From Gordius albopunctatus (Eukaryota): 64,000 nucleotides of DNA. The first letter of the stretch is position 1. Each line of letters begins with the position of its first letter. Both the position numbers and the translations under genes were made by a program. The notes under the pieces were generated by a model. It made no database searches, had not been told where the DNA came from, and worked only from the letters and a program-made list of their open reading frames with translations. This document shows positions 25,130 through 39,736 of this stretch, piece after piece. The stretch covers positions 16,740,001-16,804,000 of the forward strand of contig OZ193909.1 of NCBI GenBank assembly GCA_964276515.1, written 5' to 3'.

Positions 25130-28100
25130 ATAAAAGAACTCGTTCAAATAACCATTTTAAATTTAATATATATTTAACTCAAGTATATATCTGTTTAAAT
25201 TTTTGCAAAACTTTATGCATCATATATAAGATTTAATTATATTTATTAGCATAAATTAAAAGGAACGACAAACTTAAATTAAATAATATTTAGGAGAACT
25301 TAACATTAAACAATAAGACTAATATAATAGTTAGTTTTGTATCGTCATAGCCTAAAATCTACAGTAATAAAATGAAGAGATAGTAGAAAAACACCTTAAA
25401 ATTTGGTTTAATGAAGTCGTTTACAATCTATCAAACCCCTGATCAAAAGTGTTGGAATGGCCCCCTGTCCGAGTGCCTCTTAAAGTCTCTTATTAATGGC
25501 GCTTCGGCAGAGGAACTTCCAGCGCTTAGGAGCTTAGCTCCACGCTCAGGTCACGAATGACCCGAAGCTTTCCCAAGTCGTAACCTCGGTCTACTATTAT
25601 CGAACAACGATATCCGAGGCCTAAGATTATGACAAAATAGTTGCTGAAAAAATTTCTTAACTTTGCAATAATTCCCTAAAATCGAATGGCCATCATGGTC
25701 TACACTGTAATAGCAACAAAGCCCGGTATCTTTGACATACCGTGGTTAACAAACTTATAATATCCCCTCTATTCTTGAACTCAGGCCTCTGTGAAGATAG
25801 CAAACAACCCGTTGGCCAATCTATAGGCGTTTGGGAAAAAGGACTCATTTTAGCATGGAACTATAGATGTACTGACGTATTCGCCCCATCTTATCACAAC
25901 AAATATCCCCTGTCCACTGGAAATTTTCAATTACTCTGAAATTAACAATACTATAATTTTTGGTTCCATTGCGACAACCACCCTAACAACCTTTGGCCTC
26001 CAAGCCTTACAAATTAAGAAAATAGGGAAAGTTGTAATATAAAAAAACTTCGTAAAAATAGCAAAAAATCACGAAACGTGGAAACGTTTCTAAAAGCGCG
26101 CGTTATATTTATTTAAGTATATGGTGATGTATTACGGTCTCTAGAATATTTATTGGTTACAGATTTATATATTGTAAAAAAAACGGGCGTAGTTGAGTAA
26201 AAAATTGAGACACAAATGACAAAGCAATCATGGAAAAAAGTTTAACGCGAAAAGTAGCACCATAACGATAAATAAGTACAAACAACGCAGTATAAATAAT
26301 CCGCTAGATGGCGCCAACCAAATTAAAAAACATGGTTCCCGCTGTCGTAGTGTGATAAAAAGTGTTTACAAACCATCTACAATGCTAAGGCAATAATCTG
26401 GCCAAATTTGGTGGCAATCGGTTGAGAACTTTAAAAGTTATTAGCGTACAAAAAAACGTGACTTAGATTTATATATATATAGATTATTTGAAAAAATCGT
26501 TGAAAAGGATTATTTTTTCATTGTTTTTTAAGCTGCTAAAATAATGAAACATAGCCCCGACAATTTTAAATTTAAAACACTTTACTTTACGAAGGAGAAA
26601 ATCAACTTTTTTATTTCCGTTTTTTCCTTTATCTCACATAAATATTAATAATATATTTTTACAATAATTTTGAGCGATTTCCTTTTCAGAGCTACATTCC
26701 CCGTGATGAAATTTGATATTATCATAAACCGGTATTAAATTGAAATTTGAGCAAATAATCTATGTTAAACCTTTTTAATGGCGCTGCTCTTAAAATTATG
26801 AAAAATAAAATATTTCAAAATTTATTAATTCGTAACACATCTCGAATTAAAATTAATTCGTCTTAGCCGGTTTAATTTTAGCAACCTTGCTTTTATTTTT
26901 GAACATTGAATTATTCATCTTAATATATCTCCAAAACGGAAAATTGGTTTAGTTTGCTCTTATTAAATTTTAGATACAAGGTTGAAATAAACAAAATTAC
27001 AACTTTGTGGAATGAACTTAATTTTTCCGAGAAAAGGCCTCACTTAAATTTAATTGGGGAAAAATCTGTTTTGTTTTATCCTGGTGTTTATTTTTGTAAG
27101 GCGTTATTTTAGTTTGTTTTCGTCTTAGATAATTTATGATGCAATTAACTATCATCAATGTACTTAATTTTTCCAAGAAACTACCATAAATTTGTGTTTA
27201 TCAATTACTATTTATATAATAATACAACTCCATAAAACATTTATATCGAATTTTCAACTACTATTTGTACACATTTAAAATGAATTCCCTATTAATCCTA
27301 ATGATATTTTACCCTTATGTTAAATCCCTTTGTAAGTGAAATTATTTTAAAATCTTATATATATTATATATTCTTTTACCTTGTATGTTCCACCTTAATT
27401 TTAAGATATAAATGGGCACTACAATAAAGGTAAAAAGTTGATTTCAATTAATATTCATTTATGCCTTTAAGGTTTAACACTATATCACCATAGTAATTTC
27501 GCCCGATATATGGTAATAGATAGGGTCGGATATACGAACCCTATATTTTATTTAACTATAGAAAATACGACAGATAAAGATTTGGAAGTAATTTAACATA
27601 AACCCTATAAATCAAAGCACACCTGGGCGTAGTGCCCCCCCCTCTAAATCCAAAATTTTGTTGAAATTTATGGAAATTCCAACTAAAATTTCAAAAAAAG
27701 CTCATTCTGACCGTCCTTAAATCATTATTGCCCTGCCTAAACCATTTTTTCCCCCACCCCCCTCTAATTCCAATGCTGGCTACTACGCCCATGAAAGCAT
27801 ATATAAATTATTGTATTACATTTTTTATTAAGTGTTTGTGTAAATTATGATGATGACTATAAAATTTGTGTATAGGTACCGGCATTCAACGGTATTATTT
27901 CCTTGAATCATTATTCAGCAAAACAATTCACAATTATAATTGTCCCTGTTGTTGATGGTAAACCCAGGCTAGATTTAAGAATGTCGACCAATACCAAAAT
28001 AAGTAAAAAAACTATCTATCATACAAATAGATATAATAATACTTATTTGTTGGATGTAAAATCGTATTTTATTGCATTCTTTTTTTAAAATCTTTTTGTA

Positions 28101-31100
28101 AATTAACTCGGTAAAGTAATGATGTAACCTCCATGGTTTTCAGGGGGCACAGAGCGTCAGTTGCCCCCTCAAATCCATTTTAAAAAGTAGTAAGTTGCTT
28201 TAAAAATGGCAGAAATCAGATCGTGTTTTTATAAAAGGCACAAACAAATTATGTTAATACACAAACGGAATGCGTTTACAGTGGCGAAAATGAGGGGTCT
28301 GCTTCTTAATTAATAACTAAATTAAATGGGTTAAAATATTATATTTTAATTACAGCAAAGACTTTAAGACACTTATAAAAACATCGAAACATAATATATA
28401 ATACATCCAATTTTTAGATTTAATTTTTGACAAAATGCGTTGTAAAATTTCCAAATATGATTGTGAAAATTGCTATAAAAAACTTGTTTGGACATTTATT
28501 TCCCTTGAAAACACCAGACAGCCTCAGGAATTAGATAACTAAGCGATTTAATCATTTATCTTATTTGTCTGAAAGTTTCTGCTAGAACCCATCACGGTTT
28601 GATAACTAAATTGCCTGCCAAGGCCAGCCAGAACCCTTTAATTGTCCAATTCACTAATGCTGTCTGAACAGCCGGGCCCAAAATGACGATTTTCAATTTC
28701 AAGCATTAATTTTGTCTTCTTTTCAAAAAATTTTGATCTGATTCTAGAATTTATATAAATATAGAGGTGACAAAAAATAGTATATTATATAAAAAATCGC
28801 ACTATGGTGCTCACCCAGGCCTACTTAAAAACCTATTTAGAACGGTAGTCTGACCGACCCCTTACTAGTGGTGGGAAAAAGTTAGGCGTGAGTCACGCCA
28901 AGGTCAGGTTAGAGGTTCCTTGAAAACCTCTAACCTCTTTTAAAGCGCTAAAACCTGCCTCAAGGTTAGAGGTCAAAATTAACCTAAAAACCTCGAGGTC
29001 AATTAGAAGCTTAGAGCTTACGTCAGAGCGTAAAATTAACCTAAACGCTTAGGTTAATAAATATTGACCTAGCCTAAAGGTTTAGATTAATTTAACTCAC
29101 CTAAGGTCAATTTTCTTTTATATACTGTAAAATTTCAATTCAACTGCGGTCTTTTAGCACCTTGTCTGCTATATTTTTTACATATATAATAAATAATAGA
29201 AATTTTACAATTTATTCCAATTAAAAGTAAGGCAAATTAAACTAAAAATATAATATAATTTTAATCTATTTCAATTCTTTAATTTTTAAGAAAAAATTGC
29301 GATTTGGGTTTTTAATACATATCTACCTCTATCGAGTGTTTTATTTTTAATTGCCACCATTTTGTAACATATTCGTTTTGTGTGCAATGCCATGTAGCGT
29401 GCGTGGCGTGACTGACTGTGACTGATGATAGTTTGCTAATTTTTATTTATTTGCTAAGTATTTAAATTATATGCTAAGCATTATTCAAATATATTATGCT
29501 AAGTATTTAAATATATGTTAGGTTAATAAATAAAAAATTATCGAAATCATTGCAAATAAAACTTTGCCCTTTTTATCTTTTTTTAATACTCACCTGTTTG
29601 ATTAAAATTTCTAGCTTAAAATTAAAAAAATAAGCATTTTAATTAAAAAACTTAGAAGATCAAAATAAAAACTTATCAATTTAATGAAAAAAACTAAGAA
29701 TTTTAAAGTGATGGTAGTCTGTTATGATGATGTTAGTTGCGTCGGGTTAGTTAATAGTGTTGAGTGGGGCCGTGGGGTCACGCTACATGGCACACAAAAG
29801 AAATATGTTACAAAATGGTGGCAATTAAAAATAAAACACTCGATAGAGGTAGGTATGTATTAAAAACACAAATCGCAATTTTTTCTTAAAAATTAAAGAA
29901 TTGAAATAGATTAAAATTATATTATATTTTTAGTTTAATTTGCCTTACTTTTAATTGGAATAAATTGTAAAATTTCTATTATTTATTATATATGTAAAAA
30001 ATATAGCAGACAAGGTGCTAAAAGACCGCAGTTGAATTGAAATTTTACAGTATATAAAAGAAAATTGACCTTAGGTGAATTAAATTAACCTAAACCTTTA
30101 GGCTAGGTCAATATTTATTAACCTAAGCGTTTAGGTTAATTTTACGCTCTGACCTAAGCTCTAAGCTTCTAATTGACCTCGAGGTTTTTAGGTTAATTTT
30201 GACCTCTAACCTTGAGGCAGGTTTTAGCGTTTCTAAAGAGGTCAAGGTTTTTTGGAAAGCCTAACCTAACCTCTTAGGTTGCGTCGGCAAAACCTGAGGT
30301 TTTCCCATCACTACCCCTTACCCTAGTGGGCCCAGCAGCGAGCCCGAATTTTTGGTTGTTTAATTTTTGCTTTTAATTACAAATAAAATGGAGGGAAATT
30401 TTTTTGCCAGATTTCCCACCCCCCTTGTGAAAATCCTCGCTACGCGCCTGGCGTTTTATGATTCATTTTTTTTATTGGTTAAACATTTTTTTAAATACCC
30501 ACTTTTTATTATCATTTTTACATCTATTTGGGGGCATTCAATTAAAAATCTAAAGATACTTCTTAGCATAGCTCATCTACTCAACTAATTTAGAAGAAAG
30601 GGGTTGTTATTATCTTCTAAATTATATCATTAACCTACAATTTATTTACTAATTTCTAATATACTCAACTAATATTTCACATATAAGCCCGATAAAAAGA
30701 CTTATATTACCATCAGTTTTTTAATTGCAAGGTATTTCAGTATCGCACCATAATTTGTATTTTGACCAGAAACCCATTTTTTTATTTAGGTGCAGATGAT
30801 TATAAGATTATGAAATGGGAATTAAAGCCCCACAACAAATCACACGCTTATCTTGTAGTGAATCCAAATAACTATTCATCCAAAAGACATCATTCCACCT
30901 TTAATTATACAATTATTAATAATTATGGCTACTACAGGACGCACGAGGTTTATTTTTTTTATCATATAAGAATCTGCATAACATAACATTACATATTTAA
31001 TATTTTCATATTTTTAAGAACTCTGGACAAACTTTATTCAAAATTTAAAACTGCCCAGTGTGCTTTACATTTACTTGAATTTTAAAAAAGCATGTTTTGT

Positions 31101-33526
31101 AATTGATTAATTATATGAATTAGTTACGTGTAACCATCCCAAGCATGCAGACAGACTTTCTACTTGATTGGTTTTAATTTCGGTTGATACTTGACATACA
31201 ATATTATATCGGCTGTATACATGACAACAGAATAGGTTCAATTTCTCTATTTCCAATAATTTATAAATTAAAAGCTTTATTATTTCCTTCAAAGCCCACC
31301 TAAGCGTCTATGGTGTCCATTCAAATCCCTCCATTTATTAAGAGTTTTCCACTAAGCTTATTAGTACGAAAAAAATAATATTTTAAAAAATATGGAGTCT
31401 TGTTTTAACTATTGGCTCTAGTTTAAATCAATCTAATTCCACCCGGGGCCAATCTTTTTCCACCTCGAAATATTTACTTTCATAAACAAAGATGAACCTT
31501 TATATACGTGTCTGCGAATTAAATAATAATAATTATAGCTACAATTAATGGGCATCTAAAAATAAATACCAGAATCCGATTGGTCTACTTTTTAAATAGA
31601 ATCTATTTTTTTATTTTAATACACAACTAAATCACCGAAATTCGCTCAAGCAAAATTTTACATTGATCACGATGTTCTATTTCATTGGGCAATGATGAAC
31701 CGCTGATGAGTCTATAACCGTCATCAACAGGCATTTAGTTTTATTCACTATCATTAACTTGAAACACTATTAATTAAAATTTTTGCTTCTTTAAATCTTC
31801 CGCCAAATTCCTACTTTTTTTGGTCATTTTAACAATAATTTAAGACCTCAATATTTTTAGGCTAGTTAATAACTTTAGCCGCTACAATTTAATGCAATAA
31901 GAAGACCGTCTGTTCTAGAGATCTGACCGGGCAGGCCCGGCCGCGGATACGGACTGGCTTTTAATCATAAAAATTTGAATGGGCCGGGCCCGGACGGGCT
32001 TAACAATCAATGGAACGGGCTCTGTCGGGCCTGAGATTTTTTAGCGGGCTTGAACGGGCCAGAGATTATATAAACGGCCATGGAATTATAAAGTTCCTTA
32101 AAAGTCGGACAATTCCATAAATATATGATTTTTATTAAATATATAGATTACTAATATCTCTATTTTTTTAAACTCAAATTTTTGTATATCCTGTAGCTTT
32201 CCTTCTTTTTCAAGCGCTAAATTTAACTTTAAAACATTTTTATTCTATCTGGTATCTGCTATGGTTTTTGTTTACATAATCTAAGATTATAGCTTCGTAT
32301 AATCTTTTATAAGTAAGTTCAATTTTAAAGTTTAATACTCTCGTGTAATTTTATTAAAGTTTTTTAATTAAATGGTATTACTGAATTCTAACTTCTTAGG
32401 TTTATTAACTTAAATTAATCAAATAAAAGTAAATTGTTGAAAGTGGAATATTCTCATGTAATATTTTATAGTAATCTAATGGTAGTAGGGGAGACCGGGG
32501 CCTAAATAGCCATAAAAAACTCTCTACTACTATTAATCATTTATTATTTTTATAAAGAGACGTGGGCGTAGCCAGGTTTTGGATTAGGGGGGGAAGGGCA
32601 AAACGTAAACTTTTTTTTAATTTTTAAGGGTTTTTGCATTGAAAATTTTTTTTCGCCATTTAGGCTGACCCCCCCCCCCCCCCGGCCAGAGGTTTGAACA
32701 CGCCAAAAATAAAATCGGGTTCGTGTTCGGTTTTGGCATAAATTTTGAAATCGGGTTCGTGTTTGGGTTTAAGGAATTGGGTTCGGGTTCAAGAAATTAT
32801 ATTACACTAATAATACATTTTTACCTTCAAAAAAATATTGAATAGTTAACTTAATTTTTAAATAGCACCTAATTAAATCAATTATATATATAATACTTAC
32901 AAATAATTCTTGAGATAATTAGTATTGATTAATGAATGAAAAATGGCGGAAACATAAAAATATTGAAATTAAAATCGTATGCTTTTCGTTACATTGTCAT
33001 GATAGAGAAAACTGAGATATTCAATTCACAGTATATTTTTGAATTAAAAATCGGGTTTTAAGGCTATTTTTAAAAATGGGTTCGGGTTCGGGTTCTGTTA
33101 TACATCGGGTTTTACCCGGTTCGGGTTCAGGGATTCGGGTTCGGGACAAATCCCCCCCCCTGGCTTCGCCCATGTAAAGAGAATTACATATTTTGTGAAG
33201 GTGAGAAGAGATAAATAAATGTAAAAATTAAGAAGCGTAAATATTGGGAAAACATTTTGCTATGGCTAATGAATTATATATACAGATAGTTATGCCAATG
33301 TTCTGTCGTATTATAAAAAACGATTCGCGATTATCATGGGATAGTAATGAGATTTGTTTCCCTATTTTTGTTGAAAAGTTGTATGAAAATACCTGCCAGC
33401 GCCATTTATATAAATATAAAACTGCTCATTAATCATTGAAAAATAACTTGAAGTCTAATAAATTAAATTAATTGTTACATGATTCTCTAATTCAGTTAGT
33501 ATCCGGCATAGGGTTAAAATCATAAA
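25130..33526 (+). repeat. ~8.4-kb duplicated segment, copy 2
   Basis: Matches 16541-24929 with a few SNPs/indels. Confidence 0.97.
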
Positions 33527-34462
33527 TAAAATTTATTATAATCGCGCAATTAAATGAAAGGTTTTTATGGTTTTACTAAGATTTTAACTTTTAAAGTATA
33601 GAAAATAACGGATTTTTCGCTAATCTTCGCGGTCTCCATGCAATAAATATTTAAAATGAAAAATATTTTGATTTATTTTAGGACTACAATACACTTATCC
33701 CTTTGCCAGATTACCACGAATTTTACAGCATTGACTTTACCAGCACTCAGTATCCCGTTCACCACCAAAACCTGCTATTATTTCGACCAAGTATGACTAA
33801 AATGATATAATCAAAATAAAAATTGATACTACCGTGGCCTATGTATTGACCCTTGTTGTTAAATAACAAAACAAAAAACTTTGGATCTTTCCTGATTGGT
33901 TGCAAACCTTAAAATATTTATATCCCTGATAATTTTAGAAAGTAAAAGGTCTTTTTACAATGAAAATACAATTTAAACTCATCTACTAGATATTTTATAG
34001 TTTTAATAAAGGATGTCGTATTTTTAAGTCATCGAAATTTTAAAACAATCTAAGCCATATTAGTGTTGTTGATGTTTTAATGTTAAAAGTCTAAAAAAGT
34101 CTTTACAACTAAGTCTAATCAAATGTTAGTAAACAATTTAATCATAAACCCTTGCATTCTTAGTTATAAATAATAATAAGTACATTTTACACCTCAACAA
34201 ATTTCCCTGTATATAAGATGAGTTATGCTGTTTTATAGTAAGGACGGAGATATTTCAATAAAAAATGCTGAGTAGATTTTTAGTTACATATTTGGTTTTA
34301 TTAGATAAAAGTGTTGTTGCCGATGCCTTAATTAATACCTACGTCTCAGCCAAGGAGGAATTTATGCTAGTTTCCGAATATATGGTGGATCATAGCAAAC
34401 AATTTGTGCCAAGGAAGTACAAAACTTATACAGATTCTATCGAATATTATATTGAAAGTTAA
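27280..34462 (+). CDS. Unknown, possibly secreted 207-aa protein; exons 27280-27331, 27406-27429, 27472-27512, 27876-27957, 30790-30947, 33682-33790, 34305-34462
   Basis: Six GT-AG introns, all phase-compatible, give a 624-nt ORF: MNSLLILMIFYPYVKSLYINGHYNKGLTLYHHSNFARYMVPAFNG...GADDYKIMKWELK...RTHEDYNTLIPLPDYHEF...TDSIEYYIES*. No family recognised. Confidence 0.68.
28866..30313. mobile_element. Foldback-like hAT element (duplicate copy)
   Basis: Same TIR, TSD and arms as 20277-21724. Confidence 0.9.
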
Positions 34463-34731
34463 GGAGAATGCATATAATATGATTACATTAAATTATCCGT
34501 TGACTGTAGGCGATTTTCGATTTTTAAAATCAAATATTCATATTGATACTCTATAATAAATGTGGGTAAATAAAGCAAAAAAAAACAACAATGTTTAACT
34601 GCGAAGATATTTAACGCGGTCATTCACGGCCACTATATGATTATGAGTATTGATTTCGTAGCTAGCCAAAATTTGAAAAGTATTTTAATTGTTATATAAA
34701 TAAATGGGTTAAATTTATTATAGGATAGCTT

Positions 34732-34899
34732 CATGGGCGTAGCAGCCAGCATTGGAATTACAGGGAGGCAATAATAATTTAAGGAGGGGCAAAATGATCA
34801 TTTTTTGAAATTTCGCCATATTTTAAATAAATTTCAACATATTTTTGGATTTAGAGGGGGGCAGCCGCTTGTCCCTGACCCCCCCTGACTACGCCCATG
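34732..34899. mobile_element. MITE, CATGGGCGTAGCC family
   Basis: CATGGGCGTAG ... CTACGCCCATG; degenerate TSD gatagctt/aatagttt. Confidence 0.75.
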
Positions 34900-36574
34900 A
34901 ATAGTTTCATAAAAGATTTTAAGTCACCTACAAACACTTGGAAAGATAATTTTCATTGTTTAAATAAAATTTTAGACAAAATCTTATCCCCCATCATTAT
35001 AAGATTTTTGATTAAGATTGTGCAAATTGCTATGAAAAGAAAGTTGATTCGGACATCCCCGTGAAAACACCAGACCCTCCCAATAGTGATGGGAAAAACC
35101 TAAGTTTTGCTAGCCTAACCTTATAGCATAGTTTCAGACTTGATTAAGTCTTTTTTAAAACTATTGGTTAGGTTTTTAAAAACCTTCAAAGTCTAATTGG
35201 CGCGCTAACCTATATAGATAGGCATTAAATATCTCAAAATCAACCTAAAACCTTAGGTTAATATTTTAGAGAAACCTGAGAGCTAGTGGTGTTAAATTGC
35301 TTACTTGCTTCAACTCCACACGAGAGCACGCATAATGCTCGCTCGTTAGCACAATGAGTGCTCATGCTCACTGTTCGGTGCACTAGGCAAAACAATAGCA
35401 ATTAAAAATGCTCGAGAGGCGAGTCGAAGCAGCAAAATCTGTTGAAGCATTGAGCAGATTGCCCGAGCATTAAACTCGATCAGATAGCAGATTCAATAGA
35501 AGCAATTGCTATGAGTTAGTAACTTTAAATATTTGCTCATATTATTATATATCATAAATAAATTAAGAACTTTGCCCCCTCCCTTTTTTGTCCCGTTGGT
35601 TTCCTTCCTATAGCCCCTTTTTTAACCCTCTTTTTCACCCGAGGGGGGGGGTTTCTCCTTACCCTCTTTTTCACACGGGCCCCCCTTTTTTACCCTCTCC
35701 CGGTGAGTGATAGCTGATAGGGTAATAAGGGGAGGGGGCAAATAACCCCTCCCCCTCGCTATAATAACCAAAATTCTGATTTACTGCTTTGTGAATTTCG
35801 TTTGCCATTTGTCTAGGTTGTTGCTTTATAATGGATGAATGCGAACTAGTTAAATGATTCTCCGCAAGACTATTGCTTACTTCTACTTTATCTGACCCCG
35901 GCCAAAGGCCAATATTCATTTTTATTTTTGTGCCTGCAGGTTTTGGCATTTATGGTTTCTTAGCTTCAAATATGAAAAAAATAAATTTCGTGGTTGAAAT
36001 CAAATAACAATGGCCGCTGGCTGATTTTAACTTTTTTAGACCTCGCCCGAGCCCAAGATCCATTATTGTTTATGGGCTCGACTTACCTTTACATATAAAT
36101 TTTATTTAGCAATTTGTTTAGGTTGTGCCTTTATAACGGATGAATGCGGAATTGGCTATATAATTCCCTGCAAATTAATGCTGAGTTGCTTTCTTTAATT
36201 GCTATTAATTTTGTTTCTTATTTTCGTTAATCTTTTTTTCATTTCTTTCTTCTGATCCCGGCTCGGAGCCAAACTTTATTGACTACCCAATTTTTTGGTC
36301 GGTTTATATTTATTTTTAATTACAAATAAAATAGGTTTAAAATTATTCTGGCAACTTCCCGGCCCCCCCCCCCCCACCTTGAGAAAATCCTGGCTTCGCG
36401 CCTGGTCCTTGATTATTATAAGAAGCTTTAATAATAGGTATTTTTAATGTGAAAACGTAAGGAGTTCACGATTATAGTAGCGATAAAAATTTTTAGAACC
36501 TTAAAAATAAATTTTTATATTATTTTATTTAGGGGTAGCCCTATAATATCTCATACCGTTTGGTGTGCCTTAAC

Positions 36575-37000
36575 CATAGACTAGATAGACTGCTCATGCC
36601 ATATGTTGCATATGGTTAATTGCGTGTCAAATTTTCCTCCATTTTGAAGAGGACAACTGGTGTATTTTAACCATGTAATTTTGCCCTATAACAGTCAATT
36701 TACCTTCCTCACTAGTTTATAAATTAAAATCAATAAATTAATATTATACAAAATAGCAATTAATATTGATGGCGCTATATTAATAAACAAACTTTAATCG
36801 AATTTTTTACATTTTTAATTATGATGTTATTAATATCTACCCAATTCAATATTTTTTTATTTACCTTTTTAAGATGATTTAATTTGCGAAAATTACGAAT
36901 TTCTATATGATCACCAGTCACCACTTTACAATGTGCCTTTCAAGATGGAGGAAAAAGGGTACACATTTTGTGCGTTGATGAGCAGTCTATCTAGTCTATG
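36575..37000. mobile_element. 426-bp MITE with P-element-like termini
   Basis: Perfect 23-bp TIR CATAGACTAGATAGACTGCTCAT; perfect 8-bp TSD GCCTTAAC. Confidence 0.88.
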
Positions 37001-37483
37001 GCCTTAACTTAACTCATAAAACCCTTTGCAATAGCATTGACAAAATCTTATATCCACAATTTCTAAATTTCTCCAAATTAATTATTGTCTTTATACGGTT
37101 GTAGTAGATTTTTTAGATTGTGACCCATTATTGTAATTCTAAATTTTAAAGATTATGCATTGATTTGAAATTCTAAAGTGCATTTGTTTGTAACATTAAA
37201 TATAATTTTGTTTTGGGTATGGCTATCTACATCTAAGTGTAACCGTTTAAGTGACAAGCCTCAATCTCGTCTCGACAAAAATTCGTCACCACTTCAAAAA
37301 AATTACTTCAACAAATAAATTTGCCCCTCCACTATTTGAATTAGGTATTATTTAAATGACAAATTAAAAGAAAACAAAAATGACAAAGGTTTTATTTAAA
37401 AAACAAACTTGATCATTACTTTAACCGACAATATAAGGATATTTTTCATAGACAAAGATAGTTATTAATAGTTAAATTAAAAA

Positions 37484-38690
37484 CTCGGGCCTTCGGCCCT
37501 CGTGGGAAGGGGGAACGAAACTCATCTATACTCCGTATAAACGAAGCATATTTGCTATGCAATTTATGGGCGAGAAAGGTCGGAAGAGGCAGAAATGCCT
37601 ATAGAGGGGTATTAAATGCAAAATGATTGGTTAATTATTTATGCAAATTTTCCATTTAATTAAAAAAATTGCCCTCGCCGGGATTCGAACCCACATTAAA
37701 TAGAGGCATAAGCCTTTGTAGCACAGGGACCCATATCAATAGAGGCATAGACCCTTGTAGGGGAGTGCATAGGGAAATTATCAATGTTAACCTATTCAAA
37801 AACGAAAAACGAAAAATTTGGATTTATTTAGCTAATGGTCATTTTTCATTAGTCAGTAGCCTGCGGACGGTCAAAAAGTCATATTATCCATGGTATTAAC
37901 AAGTACATAATATGAATTTAATTTTAAAAAAAATAAAAAAATTTTGTCCTCTCCAGGTCTCGATCCTAAACCTGCAAGTCAGTAAGCTGTTCGCTATAAC
38001 CACTCATACCATGCTGGTATTAAAATTGTAGAATTTTTTATGTTATTTATATAGATAATGAAATAATAAAATTGTTTTTTATATTTATTATATAATAAAA
38101 TGAAACAATAATAGAAAATCAATATATTATAGATAATTTAACAAAAATTGAGGGATTCAAATCTTTAACGAATTTTGGGTGAACCGCAAATTTTTTGTCT
38201 AAAAACATTTTGGTGACCCAAGCAATTGTATTAGATGCTTCGTAATCTTTCAAATCCTTAAAATCTTGATGCATCTCTGGGGGGGGGATGTCGACGTTTC
38301 AGATCATTACAACGGTCTATAAATACATACGAGTCAAAAAAAACGAAAATTGGCCAATGGTCATTTTTTTCCATTGGTCAGTACCCAGAGATGGTCTATA
38401 AATACATAAGAGTCAAAAAAAACATAAAAAAATTTCAATCACAATTTGGCCAATGGTCATTTTTTTCATTGGCAAGTAGCAAGCGGAAGGTCAAAAAGTC
38501 CTAGTATCAATGGTATTAACAAGAACAATAAATATTAAAAAAATTGCATAGCAATTAATTTAATTAAAAAAATTTTTTGTCCTCTCCGGGTCTCGATCCC
38601 CAACCTTGCAAGTCGGGAAGCTGGTGTAAATAACTTGGTGGACGACGGACGGACAACAAAAAACGAGCCCATAAATTGCATAGCAATTAA
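37484..38690 (-). mobile_element. Non-autonomous Helentron/DINE-1-like (HINE) element
   Basis: Terminal hairpin GGGCC-TTC-GGCCC, subterminal inverted repeats, GACG microsatellite; homologous to 12584-13364. An end fragment also occurs at ~3948-3975. Confidence 0.62.
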
Positions 38691-39569
38691 TAAATATAGC
38701 AGTTTCTATAATATCAAATTATTAAATTTATATGTTTCTGCTAAATAGAAACTGACATATTAACCTGTAAGTTTACATATATATTATAGTCAGTTACATA
38801 TTTGAGCTAGCTGACCTTTAATATTGGCGGATGATAAAAGTAAGGCTTTGATGTAATATTTCAAGGCAAGAGTTTCAGGCCTTTGTGATAACCACCATCA
38901 ATTATAGCCTAACATATCTATGAATAACATTAACAATTCCCGAAAATATATCTATGAAGAACATTAATTATGAGGGTAAAAATCTTTTTAAATATTTATT
39001 GCATGTTTATTATAACGTTATAAAAATCACATAGGTGTCACAGGATATTTTTATCATCATTTATAGCATATTTAATTGGCTAAATATTTAAACGTTCTAA
39101 AATCAAAGGTTATAACAGACATAGGAACACCAGAGTGTTGAGATTTTTATTAAATTGCAGTTATTTTATAACAAAAACGTTTATAGTTAAAACCATTTTA
39201 TAATCCAAAATATTTACTTAATCCATTTTAAATATTTTTCAATAAAATTAACCAGGTCTGGTATAAAAAATAAAGAAAGTCATTATAAATAAGTAACTTG
39301 GTCAGTTACGTTGCACAACTATATAATATAAACTTTAGATCTAAAATATTTCTTTTCCATAAAAATTCCACCCCCTTATGTACGGCACTGCAATAACATT
39401 TGTTAATAAATCTTATGCGCATATTTGCCACTTTTAAGGAAAATGCATTTTCAATATTTTAAAAGGTAATGTAGAAGGCTTAATGAATGTCATGATGTGA
39501 TTTTTCGTTCGACTATTTTACTTGTCTATTCATGATTTAATTTTTTAGGTTTTTGTATAGTAGAACAAT

Positions 39570-39736
39570 CATGGGCGTAGCCAGGTTTTGGATTAGGTGG
39601 GGGGGGGGGGCAAAACGTTTAAAAGTTTGATTAGGGAGGAGAAAAACATAATTTTTTTAATTTTTAAGGCTTTTTGAATTGAAATTTTTTTCCATCTTTC
39701 CCCCGCCCCCATGTCCCCCTTCTGGATACGCCCATG
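39570..39736. mobile_element. MITE, CATGGGCGTAGCC family
   Basis: CATGGGCGTAGCCAG ... CTGGATACGCCCATG; no TSD seen. Confidence 0.7.

Noticed and set aside
24923..25147. ORF across the N run
   Set aside because: Gap artefact.
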